Assembly: GCA_964016885.1 (NCBI GenBank)
Contig: OZ024742.1
Span: 90,768,001 to 90,832,000 of the forward strand
Length of the DNA: 64,000 nt
Origin: Eledone cirrhosa
Taxonomy: Eukaryota
Direction: 5' to 3'
Every line of letters starts with the position of its first letter. The first letter of the stretch is position 1. A program made the position numbers and the translations under genes. The notes under the pieces were generated by a model. The model saw only the letters and a program-made list of their open reading frames with translations. It had not been told where the DNA came from and ran no database searches. Shown here piece after piece: positions 1-14,668 of the stretch.

Positions 1-394
1 ACACGCATATACACACCAACACCAGCCATCACACAATACACAACCACATTTGCAACATCCGTATATACCACCCAACACACATCTACCTCTGCACACACTT
101 AACCGTCAATCCTACACTTTCTGACGCATGCACACGTATGTGCACATGCCCCCACACACCAGCGACACACATTCCCGTCCATGTGTGTTTGTATCTCTTG
201 CAAACGCTTCAGTGTCGCGACTGTGGCGCCGTCGTTGTTGAACGTTTCCTAACATTTACTCCGTCCCCACCACTTCCCGGCTCAATCCACCTCCATGCAC
301 GTAGCGACTTCATACCTTGGAGCTTAGCCGTTTACAGTCGCACAAACATATTGTGTTATTCGAAGCTAAGAAGCTTCGCTTACGACCATACCAC

Positions 395-582
395 ATAATT
401 GTTTCTACTTTTGGCACAAGGCCAGCAATTATCCACTGCATTACTGGTACTTTATTTTATCGACCCCGTAAGGATGAAAGGCAAAGTTAACCTCGGCGGG
501 ATTTGAAGTCAGAATGGTAAGGGCCGTAACTCTATGCGTCAAAGCATGGTATCCGACCCTCTACCGATACTGCCAATCCACC
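395..582 (-). mobile_element. tRNA-derived SINE copy (family with core CTTTGCCTTTCATCCTTACGGGGTCGATAAAATAAAGTACCAG)
   Basis: Reverse complement matches the copies at 24275-24865: A-box-like TGGCAGTATCGG, decayed B box, shared core and the tail GTAGAAACAATTAT. Confidence 0.9.
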
Positions 583-1470
583 AAAATGACACCACCATTA
601 CTATGGATATATACTATAAACACACAGACACCCATCAATACCTGAATTTTAAGTCGTGCTATCCACCACATACAAAACGCAACATCCCATACTGCCTAGC
701 CATAAGAATTTGTACCATTGTAGAAGATACGAATACCAGGAACAAACGTCTAACAGAACTGAGAGAATTTTTGCTCAAACAAAAATACCCATCTCTACTT
801 ATAGAAAATGGCATACAGCTGGCTATAAAAATACCTATGCAACAACTTAGGACAACCCAAGGAAGAAGAAACCAAGAACGGTCATACCATTTATAATGAC
901 ACACAACCCATGTCACCAGAATATCTTCAACACTGCCAAAGCAAACCCATTGATCATTGCTCAAAGTAATGAATTAAAAGGTTTAATCACAGACCGAGCT
1001 TTGATTCTTAGTAAAAGACAGCCGAAAAATTTAGATACAGTGAATGATTGGTTTTTGTTGTTAAGGTCAAACTTTGCCTTTGTTAGTAATTGCTTCAAAT
1101 TTTGTGCCGTTGTGGAACATGTCAGTTCATACATACTGGTCAATATATGAACACAAAAACTGGAAAAATATTCCCAAATGCAAATATGAACTGCAAAAGC
1201 AGAAATCTAATTTACTGCATTAAATGCCCGAATTGTGAAGAACTATATGTGTCGGTCAAACAGAAAATGCACTATCGGAACGTGCACCGACAGCAAATCA
1301 TACACCCAAATGTCCGTCAGATACCCCCTGAGTAACCATCTAGCAGCATGTGGTCAGAAAATATTTATAATATTTCCATTCTACAAACTACACAGCCCAA
1401 GTGAAATCAAGAGAAAAATTAAAGAAAAGAATTATATTGATAAATTCCAACCAAAGTTAAATGAACAATA
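583..1470 (+). pseudogene. Penelope-like element fragment (RT C-terminal/thumb plus GIY-YIG endonuclease), frameshifted
   Basis: DIYYKHTDTHQYLNFKSCYPPHTKRNIPYCLAIRICTIV is the typical PLE post-RT motif. RCGTC...CKSRNLIYCIKCPNCEELYV...HRQQI...LSNHL...EKNYIDKFQPKLN is a Cys-linker plus GIY-YIG domain, spread over several frames. Confidence 0.85.
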
Positions 1471-1660
1471 ATAATTGTTTCTACTTTAGGTACAAGGCCA
1501 GCAATTACCCAGTGCATTACTGGTACTTTATTTTATCGACCCCGTAAGGATGAAAGGCAAAGTCAACCTCGGCGCGATTTGAACTCAGATCGTAAAGGGA
1601 CGTAACTATGCTGGAAAGCATGGCGTCCGACCCTCTACCGATACTGCCAATCCACCGCCC
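1468..1660 (-). mobile_element. tRNA-derived SINE copy
   Basis: Near-identical to the reverse complement of 24275-24465, including GAGTTCAAATC (B box). Confidence 0.9.
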
Positions 1661-2157
1661 TAAATGAATAATAATAATGCTTAGGGGTATTACTTCGGCT
1701 ATGGCTACGCCTACGACTATGTCGACTACCACCACTAACAACAACAACAACAACGATAATAATAATAATATAAGTGATGTTGATGTTGATGTTTACTGAA
1801 GATGTTTTATAAAATCCCTAGAAAATGCTATTTTCATCATTTCTAAAAATAGCAAAACAATTGATGCTTTGGATAGGGTCAAATAGAAGTTGTTAGACAT
1901 GCTCAACCAGCCGTGACGCCCCCTTTTTACTGTATATAAGGCACAGTTTTTAGCCATCTCATTACAGTTGAAAATTGTTAACTTGACTGTCACCACTGAA
2001 TATGAACCTGAAGATTGCCAAAGCATGAAATTAGTTGTTCAATTAACATTTAATTTAACATTTAATATTCTACCATACTATTTCATTATAATAACATTAT
2101 AATTTTAAAGGATTGTAAATAAAAGGAGTAAATCAGACAAAGTTTGAATTCCTTTTA

Positions 2158-2228
<71 letters not shown>

Positions 2229-2309
2229 AAGCCATGTATTGAGTTAGAAACTCAAAATAGTCTCATTACAGTAAAGCTCTAGGAAAGAGGTTTTTCCGAG
2301 CCGTATAGA

Positions 2310-2409
2310 ATAACTGAACAAAAAAGAAAAACGAACACAGCCATATACAAATCGATTTGAACACATATATGTATTTGTCTGTGTTCGTTTTTCTTTTTTG
2401 TTCAGTTAT
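2310..2409. repeat. Inverted repeat, ~31-bp arms
   Basis: ATAACTGAACAAAAAAGAAAAACGAACACAG (2310-2340) is the reverse complement of 2379-2409. Confidence 0.85.
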
Positions 2410-2752
2410 ACTAAAAATATATATATATGATGCAAAATCCTTTTGACTAAAAACAGTCAAACGTTAGAAAAAGCACACCGTTCTACATATTTCCGTCCAT
2501 TTTCCAATAGCCTTGTCTCTGACATTGTTTCACTGGTTTCTAATATTCCTTTTCACGGATCTATTCATTTTCTATATGTGTTTTGTTTCTCTATCTTACT
2601 ATCTATTTACTATATGTTTGTTTGTCATCATTTGTATTAGAATATATTTCAGCGCCAATAAAGTGCTCTTTATATATATATATATTATAAGTGTGTATAT
2701 ATATATATATATATTATATATTATATACGTGTGTTATATATATATATACGTG

Positions 2753-2826
<74 letters not shown>

Positions 2827-2930
2827 CATACATATATATATATATGATTGTATTTATATGTATATATGTATATATATATATATGCATGATTTTATATTTA
2901 TATATGTATATATATATATGTATATATATG

Positions 2931-2961
<31 letters not shown>

Positions 2962-2968
2962 GTATATA

Positions 2969-3015
<47 letters not shown>

Positions 3016-3082
3016 GTTATTCCGGGTTGAATCGGAGGTAACCACAGTAAGTAAGGTACTCAATACATAGCAGAGTATAACA

Positions 3083-3305
<223 letters not shown>

Positions 3306-3314
3306 ATATATATG

Positions 3315-3359
<45 letters not shown>

Positions 3360-3697
3360 GTAAATATATATGTATGTATGTATATGTATGTCTCTCTTTC
3401 TGTTAATTTCGAGTATATTTTTCACCGGTCACGTTCCTGGTGGCAAGGTTGTAATAGAAATAAAATTATCATCCCTTGAATCGCAAGAATGTTTTGCAAA
3501 CTGTGCAGGTGCCAGCTATCGCAGCCATTTGTAGACTATGAATTAGGGAGCTGCGCTCGTTGTCCGCAAATTCAAGTTCAGTTATACATTGGTCCAAGCG
3601 GGTTGGTATATAACCTGTAGCTCCAATAATGATGGGTATGAAGCTAAAGGTGTATCTTTGATACTAGATTTGTAAACTCCTCATCAATGGTCCGTAG

Positions 3698-4546
<849 letters not shown>

Positions 4547-4976
4547 TGACGGGAGAGATGACTCCTTAGCCTTTGTCAAGGCAGAATTCTAGGAGAAGGA
4601 AAACTCTGATATAACACCTGCAACCCTGATGGTATCCAATGATGTTGACTTGTTCTTCTTTTTGGTAAATATCATCTTGGTTAAGAGAGTGGGACTGGCT
4701 TTGTGCAGTGCCTTTGCTCACTATAAAAGCTTCACGGCACAGGCATTGATTTATATCTGGAGATCTCTCTGCACTTGTCGTCACATGGTACCATGGGCCC
4801 AACACTATGTGTCAATAATTGTCACAAGTGTAGTGTTTGTACCAGAGTTTTCAAGTCGCTGGCTGGACTAAAAAGTCACACTCGTTCAGCGCATCGGTAG
4901 GGGTTCTCCTACATGGATATAAAGTAGTGGCCGTACTCGAAAACGAGTTGGCAGCCACCATGTATATATATATATG

Positions 4977-5021
<45 letters not shown>

Positions 5022-5084
5022 ATATATTTATATATATATATATATGTATGTATGCATATATATATGTATATATATATATGTATG

Positions 5085-5131
<47 letters not shown>

Positions 5132-5178
5132 GTATGTATATATATGTGTGTATATATATGTATGTATATATATATATG

Positions 5179-6277
5179 TAGTCAAATCAAGCCCAGCCAA
5201 AGTCAGTAGTGGGGTGCCACAAGGCACTGTGTTGGGCCCACTTCTCTTCATCATCTATATTAATGACATCACTGACATCATCAAACACAGCAACATTAAA
5301 ATTTTCGCTGATGATTCCAAGCTCCAAAAGGTCATCAATGGCGTGGATGACCGGATAAGCCTTCAGTCAGACCTACTGGCTGTTACCCAATGGGCAGAAA
5401 AGAACAACATGTTACTGAACGAAGACAAATTCGAACTGATCCACTTTGGAAAAGAGGATGCTCTGAAACTCCCGTACTCCCTTCCCTCCTGGGAAACTCT
5501 CGTGGCATCTAACAACATCAGAGACTTGGGAGTAACCGTGGACAGCAACATAAGCTGGACCACGCATATAAGCAGCAAAGTTGACATGGCCCGCAGAATG
5601 TGTTCCTGGATCCTCAGAACCTTCCAGTCGAGAGATTCCCGCACCATTATCCTTCTCTTCTCTACTTTCGCCCGACCACACCTTGAATACTGTTGTCCAC
5701 TGTGGTCTCCCCACACGAAACAAAGTATCATGAAACTTGAAGCTCCTCAAAGGGCAATCACGAAAAAGATAGATGGCATGTCAGACCTTGACTACTGGGG
5801 TCGATTGGAAAACCTGAAACTTTACTCACTCCAACGTCGCCGTGAGCGTTATATTATCTGCATGATGTGGAAAATGTTCCATTCATCACTGCCCAAATGA
5901 TGTTGGCATCGCCTTCAAGATACACCCAAGGCTTGGGCCCCGTGCTATCCGTCCCATTCAAAAATCTAAATCGCAACTCATAACAACAATACGGCACAAT
6001 TATTTCACCTCAATCGGCCCTGCTCTCTTCAACATCACACCAGGACACGTCAAAACAGAAACTGACCACACAAAATTCAAGAAGTCTTTGGACAAATTCC
6101 TCCAAGTAATCCCGGACAAACCACCCACACCCGGATATGTCTCCGCAAACAGTAATTCTCTTCTCGAATGGGCCATGGTGCCCAAATCCTGAATTGAAAG
6201 ACTTCGCCAGGTGGTGCTATTAAGTTAGACATGGCCTGGGCCAATACTGGCCAAAACATTTCAAAGTTATTCAAAGT
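5179..6277 (+). mobile_element. 3' 1.1-kb copy of the CR1/L2-group LINE at 7181-9698, in inverted orientation
   Basis: [25 protein letters not shown] and RPHLEYC motifs. About 5 differences by eye from the reverse complement of 7181-8277, including a 1-bp frameshift near 5882. Confidence 0.9.
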
Positions 6278-6291
6278 TATATATATATATG

Positions 6292-6374
<83 letters not shown>

Positions 6375-6397
6375 GTATGTATATATATATATGTATG

Positions 6398-6428
<31 letters not shown>

Positions 6429-6465
6429 GTATGTATATATATATATGTATATATATATATGTATG

Positions 6466-6496
<31 letters not shown>

Positions 6497-6787
6497 GTAT
6501 GTATATATATATATATATATATATTTGTATATATATATATGTATGTATATATATATATATATATGTATGTATATATATATATGTATGTATGTATATATAT
6601 ATATATGTATGTATATATATATATATATGTATGTATATATATATATGTATGTATATATATATATGTATGTATGTATATATATATATATATGTATGTATAT
6701 ATATATATATATGTATGTATATATATATATATATGTATGTATGTATATATATATATATATATATGTATGTAAATATATATATGTATG

Positions 6788-6820
<33 letters not shown>

Positions 6821-6927
6821 ATATATATATATATGTATGTATATATATATATATGTATGTATATATATATATATGTATGTATATATATATGTATGTATAT
6901 ATATATATATATATGTATATGTATGTG

Positions 6928-7010
<83 letters not shown>

Positions 7011-7033
7011 GTATGTATATATATATATGTATG

Positions 7034-7075
<42 letters not shown>

Positions 7076-7180
7076 TGTATGTATATATATATATGTATGT
7101 ATATATATATATATATATATGTATGTATATATATATATGTATGTATATATATATATGTATGTATATATATATATGTATGT
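6278..7180. repeat. ~900-bp (TA)n/(TATG) microsatellite between the two tail-to-tail LINE copies
   Basis: Direct reading. Confidence 0.95.
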
Positions 7181-9698
7181 AACTTTGAATAATAACTTTG
7201 AAATGTTTTGGCCAGTATTGGCCCAGGCCATGTCTAACTTAATAGCACCACCTGGCGAAGTCTTTCAATTCAGGATTTGGGCACCATGGCCCATTCGAGA
7301 AGAGAATTACTGTTTGCGGAGACATATCCGGGTGTGGGTGGTTTGTCCGGGATTACTTGGAGGAATTTGTCCAAAGACTTCTTGAATTTTGTGTGGTCAG
7401 TTTCTGTTTTGACGTGTCCTGGTGTGATGTTGAAGAGAGCAGGGCCGATTGAGGTGAAATAATTGTGCCGTATTGTTGTTATGAGTTGCGATTTAGATTT
7501 TTGAATGGGACGGATAGCACGGGGCCCAAGCCTTGGGTGTATCTTGAAGGCGATGCCAACATCATTTGGGCAGTGATGATGGAACATTTTCCACATCATG
7601 CAGATAATATAACGCTCACGGCGACGTTGGAGTGAGTAAAGTTTCAGGTTTTCTAATCGACCCCAGTAGTCAAGGTCTGACATGCCATCTATCTTTTTCG
7701 TGATTGCCCTTTGAGGAGCTTCAAGTTTCATGATACTTTGTTTCGTGTGGGGAGACCACAGTGGACAACAGTATTCAAGGTGTGGTCGGGCGAAAGTAGA
7801 GAAGAGAAGGATAATGGTGCGGGAATCTCTCGACTGGAAGGTTCTGAGGATCCAGGAACACATTCTGCGGGCCATGTCAACTTTGCTGCTTATATGCGTG
7901 GTCCAGCTTATGTTGCTGTCCACGGTTACTCCCAAGTCTCTGATGTTGTTAGATGCCACGAGAGTTTCCCCGGAGGGAAGGGAGTACGGGAGTTTCAGAG
8001 CATCCTCTTTTCCAAAGTGGATCAGTTCGAATTTGTCTTCGTTCAGTAACATGTTGTTCTTTTCTGCCCATTGGGTAACAGCCAGTAGGTCTGACTGAAG
8101 GCTTATCCGGTCATCCACGCCATTGATGACCTTTTGGAGCTTGGAATCATCAGCGAAAATTTTAATGTTGCTGTGTTTGATGATGTCAGTGATGTCATTA
8201 ATATAAATGATGAAGAGAAGTGGGCCCAACACAGTGCCTTGTGGGACCCCACTACTGACTTTGGCTGGGCTTGATTTGACTCCCTCAACTACAACATGTT
8301 GGGTTCTGTTTGACAGGAAGCTCTTGATCCACTGCAGCAGCTTTCCAGTGACACCAATATTGGACAGCTTTCTCAGTAGAATGTTATGATCAACCCTGTC
8401 AAAGGCCTTGCTGAAATCAAGGTAGATAACATCAGTGTTGGAACCCTCTCCCAAGGCTCTCAATATGTCATCAAAGTGATGCAGTAGCTGCGTCGGGCAA
8501 TCCCTTCCATTACGGAATCCATGCTGGTTGGAGTTCAGCATATTGTTACTCTCAAGGAAGTGGGTCATTCGCGATCTCACCACTCGCTCAAATACCTTAA
8601 TGATATGAGAGGTGAGTGAGATTGGACGGTAATTCACGGCAAGGGATTTGTTTCCCTTTTTGAAAACTGGGACAACAGACTGGGATAGAAGGTTTTCTGG
8701 CACATATCCAGCATACAGTGAGTTCCGCCACAGATTGGCAAGAGGAGATGCAAGTTGGTGTTGACACGCCTTCAAGACACAAGCAGGGAACCTATCGGGA
8801 CCTACTGCTGAATTATGCTTGATTTCCTTTATTGCCGCCAAGACATCAGGGGCGCCAAACGTTATGTCCGATAAGGTGTAATGGGGAGTAACATCGCCGA
8901 TACAGCCCAGCTCGGCCATATCAGGATTGCTGAAAACAGAGCAGTATTGTTTCTGCAGTATCTCACCCATGGTTTTAGCATTGTCTTGAAGAGTGCCATT
9001 TTCATCAATTAGAGGGCCAACAGTAGAGCCAGTGATTTTGTGTTTTTTTGCAAATGAAAAGAACACTTTGGGATTCAGTTTGCTCTTCTCAATGGCCCAG
9101 GCCTCTTCAGCTCTTCTCTGATTGTTGATGAGGGACATTATGTTGTTTTGGAGGTTATGTTTTTTAATCTCTAGTGATGAAATGGCAGTCAAGTTGATGT
9201 GTTGCTGCTGACAGTATTTCAGCTTGTTGATTTTTTTGTTCGTTCTCTTAATTTTTCTGATGAGCGTTTTTCTATTTCTAGGGATTCTGCTCTTAGATTT
9301 GTTTATAGTTCTTAATGGGGTGTGATTAGCACATATGTTTGTAACAGTGTCCACAAATGTCTGCCAGGACTTTTTGATGTTAGTGTGTGTATGAGTGTGC
9401 GTGAAGGACCAGTCGACATGTGCAAGATCATGACTGATCGCTTCCCAGTTTGCATTGTGGAAATCCATAGCGTCAAACGGATGGACAGGAGAGATGACAT
9501 TGGGTTTGTATATTGGACGGTGGAATCTCAGATCACAGAGAACCATGTCATGATCAGAGAGTAGAGTTTTCTCCACTGCAATATTGTGGATATTGTCAGT
9601 GTGATTGCTGAAAATTAAGTCTAGGACGTTTTTGTGGCACCTCGTTGGTTCGAGCACCAGTTGGGATAGGAAGAAATCATCCATGAAGTCAAGAAGCG
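7181..9698 (-). mobile_element. 5'-truncated CR1/L2-group (Jockey-like RT) non-LTR retrotransposon with an uninterrupted 804-aa ORF2 part (7270-9684)
   Basis: End of the APE endonuclease (EPTR..LDLIF..SDH), then RT motifs [47 protein letters not shown] and FADD. The 3' tail is TTCAAAGTTA repeats running into TA. Confidence 0.93.
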
Positions 9699-9732
<34 letters not shown>

Positions 9733-9777
9733 ATATATATATGTATGTATATATATATATATGTATATATATATATG

Positions 9778-9830
<53 letters not shown>

Positions 9831-9891
9831 ATATATATATGTATGTATATATATATATATGTATATATATATATGTGTATATATATATATG

Positions 9892-9985
<94 letters not shown>

Positions 9986-10041
9986 GATATATGTATGTAT
10001 GTATGTAGATATATGTATGTATGTATGTATATATATGTATG

Positions 10042-10120
<79 letters not shown>

Positions 10121-10151
10121 ATATATATACATATATATGTATATATATATG

Positions 10152-10298
<147 letters not shown>

Positions 10299-10544
10299 AT
10301 ATGTATATATATGTATGTATATATATATATATGTATGTATATATATATATATATAAAAATATATATAATAAATACAATATCGGAGAAAGCTTTTTAGCGA
10401 TACTCCGGCCAAATTCCAACTCACTCAACAAACATTAGGAAATAAGTGATTATATTCCCAATTATGTGTTCGGGTGTTAACTAAAAGTATTGCGTGGAAA
10501 ATTGTCTGTATTATTTAAAATGAGACATATCTAATATATCTCTT

Positions 10545-10672
10545 CCCAGACGGACGTCTCGTTTTATTATAGGATTCCTACAATTTGGGTGAAATTATAC
10601 CAAATTTAGGTAGGAGCTTGTATACTATCAATAGATATATATGCAAGTGGGCTCCTATAATTCATCAGTGGG
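10545..10672 (-). ncRNA. Type I hammerhead-like motif with an enlarged helix II and G12A core change
   Basis: Minus strand: CCCA CUGAUGA AUUAUAGGA [~80 nt] UCCUAUAAU AAAA CGA GACGUC CG UC UGGG. Helix I is CCCA/UGGG, and helix III has a palindromic GACGUC loop. Confidence 0.65.
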
Positions 10673-10977
10673 TGCCCCAATAATACTAATATTGATAATC
10701 TAACCAACATCAGCATTTAGCGATAATCACTTTCTGTGCCCGAGGTATCTGTCAGGTTGCCAGTACAGCAGTTCTGAAAGAAGTGCTCGAACTTCTTCAA
10801 AAAATGAGGAAGTGAATTACCGCCAAAAAAAAAACAATACATGCGCGTGACAATGAATTCTGAAAGGAATTCAGGCCACGTGCTAAGAACTCAATTGGAA
10901 ATTGATATATATAGATATATGTATATATACATATACAGAACAAAGGAGATGCACAAAAACAAAGAAAAGAATCCCCA

Positions 10978-11020
10978 GTCACTGAAGAGGTCACAGAATG
11001 TGTGACGAAAGAACTTTGAC
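10978..11020 (+). ncRNA. Minimal type I hammerhead ribozyme motif
   Basis: GUCA CUGAAGA G GUCACA GAAUG UGUGAC GAAA GAAC UU UGAC: helix I GUCA/UGAC, 6-bp helix II, full core, very short helix III. Confidence 0.8.
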
Positions 11021-11069
11021 AATATATAAACGACCATCTGGTTGTGGAACCAAGCAACCAACCGGAAAT

Positions 11070-11227
11070 TTATAAATTCCTAAATTTATGAATTTATTAT
11101 AATAAATTGAAGTGAAACATCTGGTGCGTGTGTTTCTTATTGGCAACATGACCCTCCCAAAGTATAACAATATCGGTTTCAACACACGTTTTCAGATAAA
11201 GAATCTTGCTAAACAATTTCAGAAACG

Positions 11228-11228
<1 letters not shown>
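11070..11228. repeat. Short dispersed repeat family (other copies or fragments at 15981-16028, 44740-44850, 55435-55466)
   Basis: Shared TTGAAGTGAAACA..GGTGCGTGTGTTTCTTATTGGCAAC..AAGAATCTTGCTAAACAA.TTCAGAAAC. All copies end in TA tracts. Confidence 0.75.
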
Positions 11229-11275
<47 letters not shown>

Positions 11276-11963
11276 ATGTGTGTATGGGTGTATACTTACA
11301 AACGTGCACGCACACTCTCTCATACCATTATATACATACTAGAATCAAGTAATACTACGTTTATTTTAGATATATTTTCTCCGCGCAAATATGACGGTGT
11401 ATGTGCATGCGTCTGTGTGTCTGTTTGTGTGTATTTATTTGCATGCATACGGGAATGTATTATTTGTATGACCGAATGATGTCCTGACGGACAGTTTTTA
11501 CGAAAGCGATAGAAATATGTTGGAAAAAGAAAGGGGGAGATTGGAGCAAAGAGTGATTAGTATGAATGTGAATCCTATCAGTGCTACAATATGCATTCTT
11601 GTGTGTTTGCTTGTATAGGTAACTGTGAGTAAAAATTTCTAAATAATATATGACTGATTGCTTCTTTCAAGCAATCATATATGAATGTCTTTGTTATTTC
11701 AAGCTACAAAGTCCATATAGCAATTCCGTTTATAAATAAAACTCATTCGTTTACAACATTCATAAATCTCGGTGTCTTGAAGGCCTTGCGACGTGTAACA
11801 ATTGCTATTAACTCCATCAAATGAGGCTTGCCGAGGGTAAACTGGCCGACACCGATTGATACAAGCTCTCTTCTTTCTTTGTTGTTATATGTTAGCCCCA
11901 TACACATTACAGAAGGAGAAAACATTTAGATATATGCACGTATATTTGTAGGTTGATGTACAT

Positions 11964-12044
<81 letters not shown>

Positions 12045-12651
12045 CGTGTGCATGTGTGTATGTGTGTGTAGTGTAATTAGGTATATCTAAAAGTTTGAAC
12101 AAGTAAATGATATCAAAAGGAGAAACAGTCAATATTAAGAAAATAGAGTTAAACGTTTAACATATATATATTACAGTTTTGAGTCAATGCGAACGCATGG
12201 TACTAATTGTTTCATATAGACGAAAATACTAAAATCATTGCCAAGTTAGCTTGTCTTCAGTTCAGCGAGAATAATTTCACTATATTTGCTCTGTTAATTG
12301 TACTTCTAATCCTTAAATAATGTTACGGTTTAAATCTTTTGAACTATTAACGTCTTCATGTGCATTGAAATGTTTCAATATGTACATATACACGTCGTTT
12401 GGATCGATATGATCGCAGATCCTCATCAGGTGTCCAATTGACACAAGTGTACATAGTTCATATCCAAGAAGTAACATTATCCAATGATTTAATGGATTAG
12501 AACATCATTACTGTTACATAAGATTCGCTAGACGTTTGATAGAATGCATTACGGTATTCGTTGCGGCTGTCTAGACTCTGAGCTAAAAATCCATCGAGGT
12601 CAAAAAGGTATCAGTCTAATACCGTAATCGATCTTTTTTCTATCTGTCTTT

Positions 12652-12737
<86 letters not shown>

Positions 12738-13144
12738 TATATATCGTTCGCTGGACGAAATCGGCTGTGTTCAAACCTAGAGAGAGATGAGCTACACCAG
12801 GATTTAAATGACCGAGAAATGCTGTATGTCACTACAGTGCTCCTTTGATTCCACCGGGGGTTACGGTTCCAATCTAGTTCTATGTACATATTCAGAAATA
12901 GACACCCGCTGATAATTGGATATCGAACCGATGAGTATGTAATTATAAAGTAAATATTGAAAAGTTTTCATCACTAGACATGAAGTTAACGATTGGAAAA
13001 ACAAATATATAATTCTATTCACCACAAATTTCAGATATTTTGACATTAAATAACGTTTTGCATAATGACCACACTACATTTTACTATATGCAATTTAAAT
13101 CAATTCATGAAATATTTTGTATGTTTTCAATTTTTTTAAATTAG

Positions 13145-13424
13145 ATATACAAACATGGCGTCCAGCAGTCAGTCGATGTTAGCCGGGAATCTCACAGCAA
13201 CTGGATGCGTTATGTAAACTTCGCCTTCAGTACAAGACAACAAAATTTAGTAGCATGCCAGATCGGTACAGACATCTATTTCTATACAATCAAAACGGTT
13301 CCTCCTGACACCGAATTACTGGTATGGTTCTGTGAGGACTATGGAGAGAGAATACACAGAAGTATGTGTTCATCATTGATGATCCGTGGCCACTATCAAC
13401 ACCAGACGACAACAATTCTATCAG
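13145..13424 (+). CDS. PRDM1: Blimp-1/PRDM1 internal coding exon (C-terminal half of the PR/SET domain)
   Basis: Acceptor TTAG at 13141-13144 and donor CAG|GTAACT at 13424/13425. Encodes IYKHG...SNWMRYVNFAFSTRQQNLVACQIGTDIYFYTIKTVPPDTELLVWFCEDYGERI, matching the PRDM1 PR-domain signature NWMRYVN..QNL.ACQ..IYFYTIK..ELLVW. The exon is 280 nt, giving a phase-1 donor. Confidence 0.9.
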
Positions 13425-14294
13425 GTAACTTTTCAAAACAATCACAGTGCTATGGCTTCCGTTTCTTCCTGGAATATTTGATTCTGACACCCCCAAAGCA
13501 GCTTTCAGGAACCTTACCCATAGATACTAGTATATATTAATATACACACTAACACTTCTATGCTGATAACACATATACTAATGCAATCATTTATGTGAAT
13601 GTTGGTATCAACATCCTCATCGTCGTCGTCGTTTTTACGGCCGTTTTCCATATTTACGGTGTATATCTATCTACCTATTTTTCTCTCTGTCTCTTTGTGT
13701 ATATATCAAATTACGGGTACGCTAGGAAAAAAACAACGGAAAAACGGACAGTCGCATATCTTCAGTTAACCTCTGGAAATCACTACAGTTTCGATGCTAT
13801 TCATTCCAGTGCGCAAAACCTGGCTATGAAGAAATAGGGGAAAACTGGAAGGGTGAGAGATAGAAAAATAGGGAGGAATATAGACTGAAATACAGCCCGC
13901 AGGCAAAGGGGAATTACAATTAGGCGTAGACAAACTTGGAAAGGAGAACTGGCGGTGTAACGATTATTAATCTATATTATAATAAGAGCGCAGCCTGTCT
14001 GTACGTCTGTCCTTCCGTCCATCACGCTCACTTTATATAGAGAGATGGAGCACCAAGCGAGACATAAGTACATAGGTAGAGAGAGAAAAGGGAATGCCGT
14101 GCATTTTCGAGGTGACAGAAAGAGGTAGATACACAAACATGTACGACGTCGCCCTCATCTAGTATATAGGTGTGTGTATTCAATCCAGGACCTTTTTCAC
14201 TCCTACCGGAGGAACCCCTCCCTGGTTGACCTCCACCGTTTTAAGTTTTTGTTTTGTTCATGTCAGGGGTGTAGCCATGTATATGTACACACTG

Positions 14295-14478
14295 GATGGG
14301 CAGTATCGGTAGAGGGTCGGACGCCATGCTTTACAGCAAAGAGTTGCGGCCCTTTATGGTCTGAGTTCAAATTCCGCGGAGGTTTACTTTGCCTTTCATC
14401 CTTACAGGGTCGATAAAATAAAGTACCAGTAATACAATGGGATAATTTCTGGCCTTGTGCAAAAAGTAGAAACAATTA
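14295..14478 (+). mobile_element. tRNA-derived SINE copy (intronic)
   Basis: GGCAGTATCGGTAGAGGGTCGGACGCCATGC..GAGTTCAAAT..core..GTAGAAACAATTA. Confidence 0.88.
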
Positions 14479-14509
14479 TATATATATATATATATATATA
14501 TATGGGAAA

Positions 14510-14635
14510 ATGTATAACCCCGACGGCAGAGCTGAAGCCGTTTCGACGGCTATTTCTGGACTCATTCTACTACCCTATGTATTGAGTACTCTGGTGCGTT
14601 ATGGTCCATCTGGTTCCTTACCACAACTCCTTCGT

Positions 14636-14637
<2 letters not shown>
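14510..14637. mobile_element. Short PLE-like 3'-end cassette, family B, with inverted 5' piece (copies at 15541-15674 and 32466-32617)
   Basis: Shared GACCCCGAC.GC.GAGCT.AAGCCGTTTCGACGGCTATTTCTGGAC and CTACTACC..GTATTGAGTACT.TGGTGCGTTATGGTCCA.CTGGTTCCTTACCACA blocks, joined in opposite orientations. Confidence 0.7.

Positions 14638-14668
<31 letters not shown>

Noticed and set aside
12391-12433. Hammerhead on the minus strand (CUGAUGA GGAUC..GAUCC AAAC)
   Set aside because: G12 and the UH site are missing; a decayed relic at best.
13425-13540. Extension of the PR-domain ORF to its stop at 13540
   Set aside because: Read-through into the intron past a good donor at 13425; the spliced frame continues at 22100.
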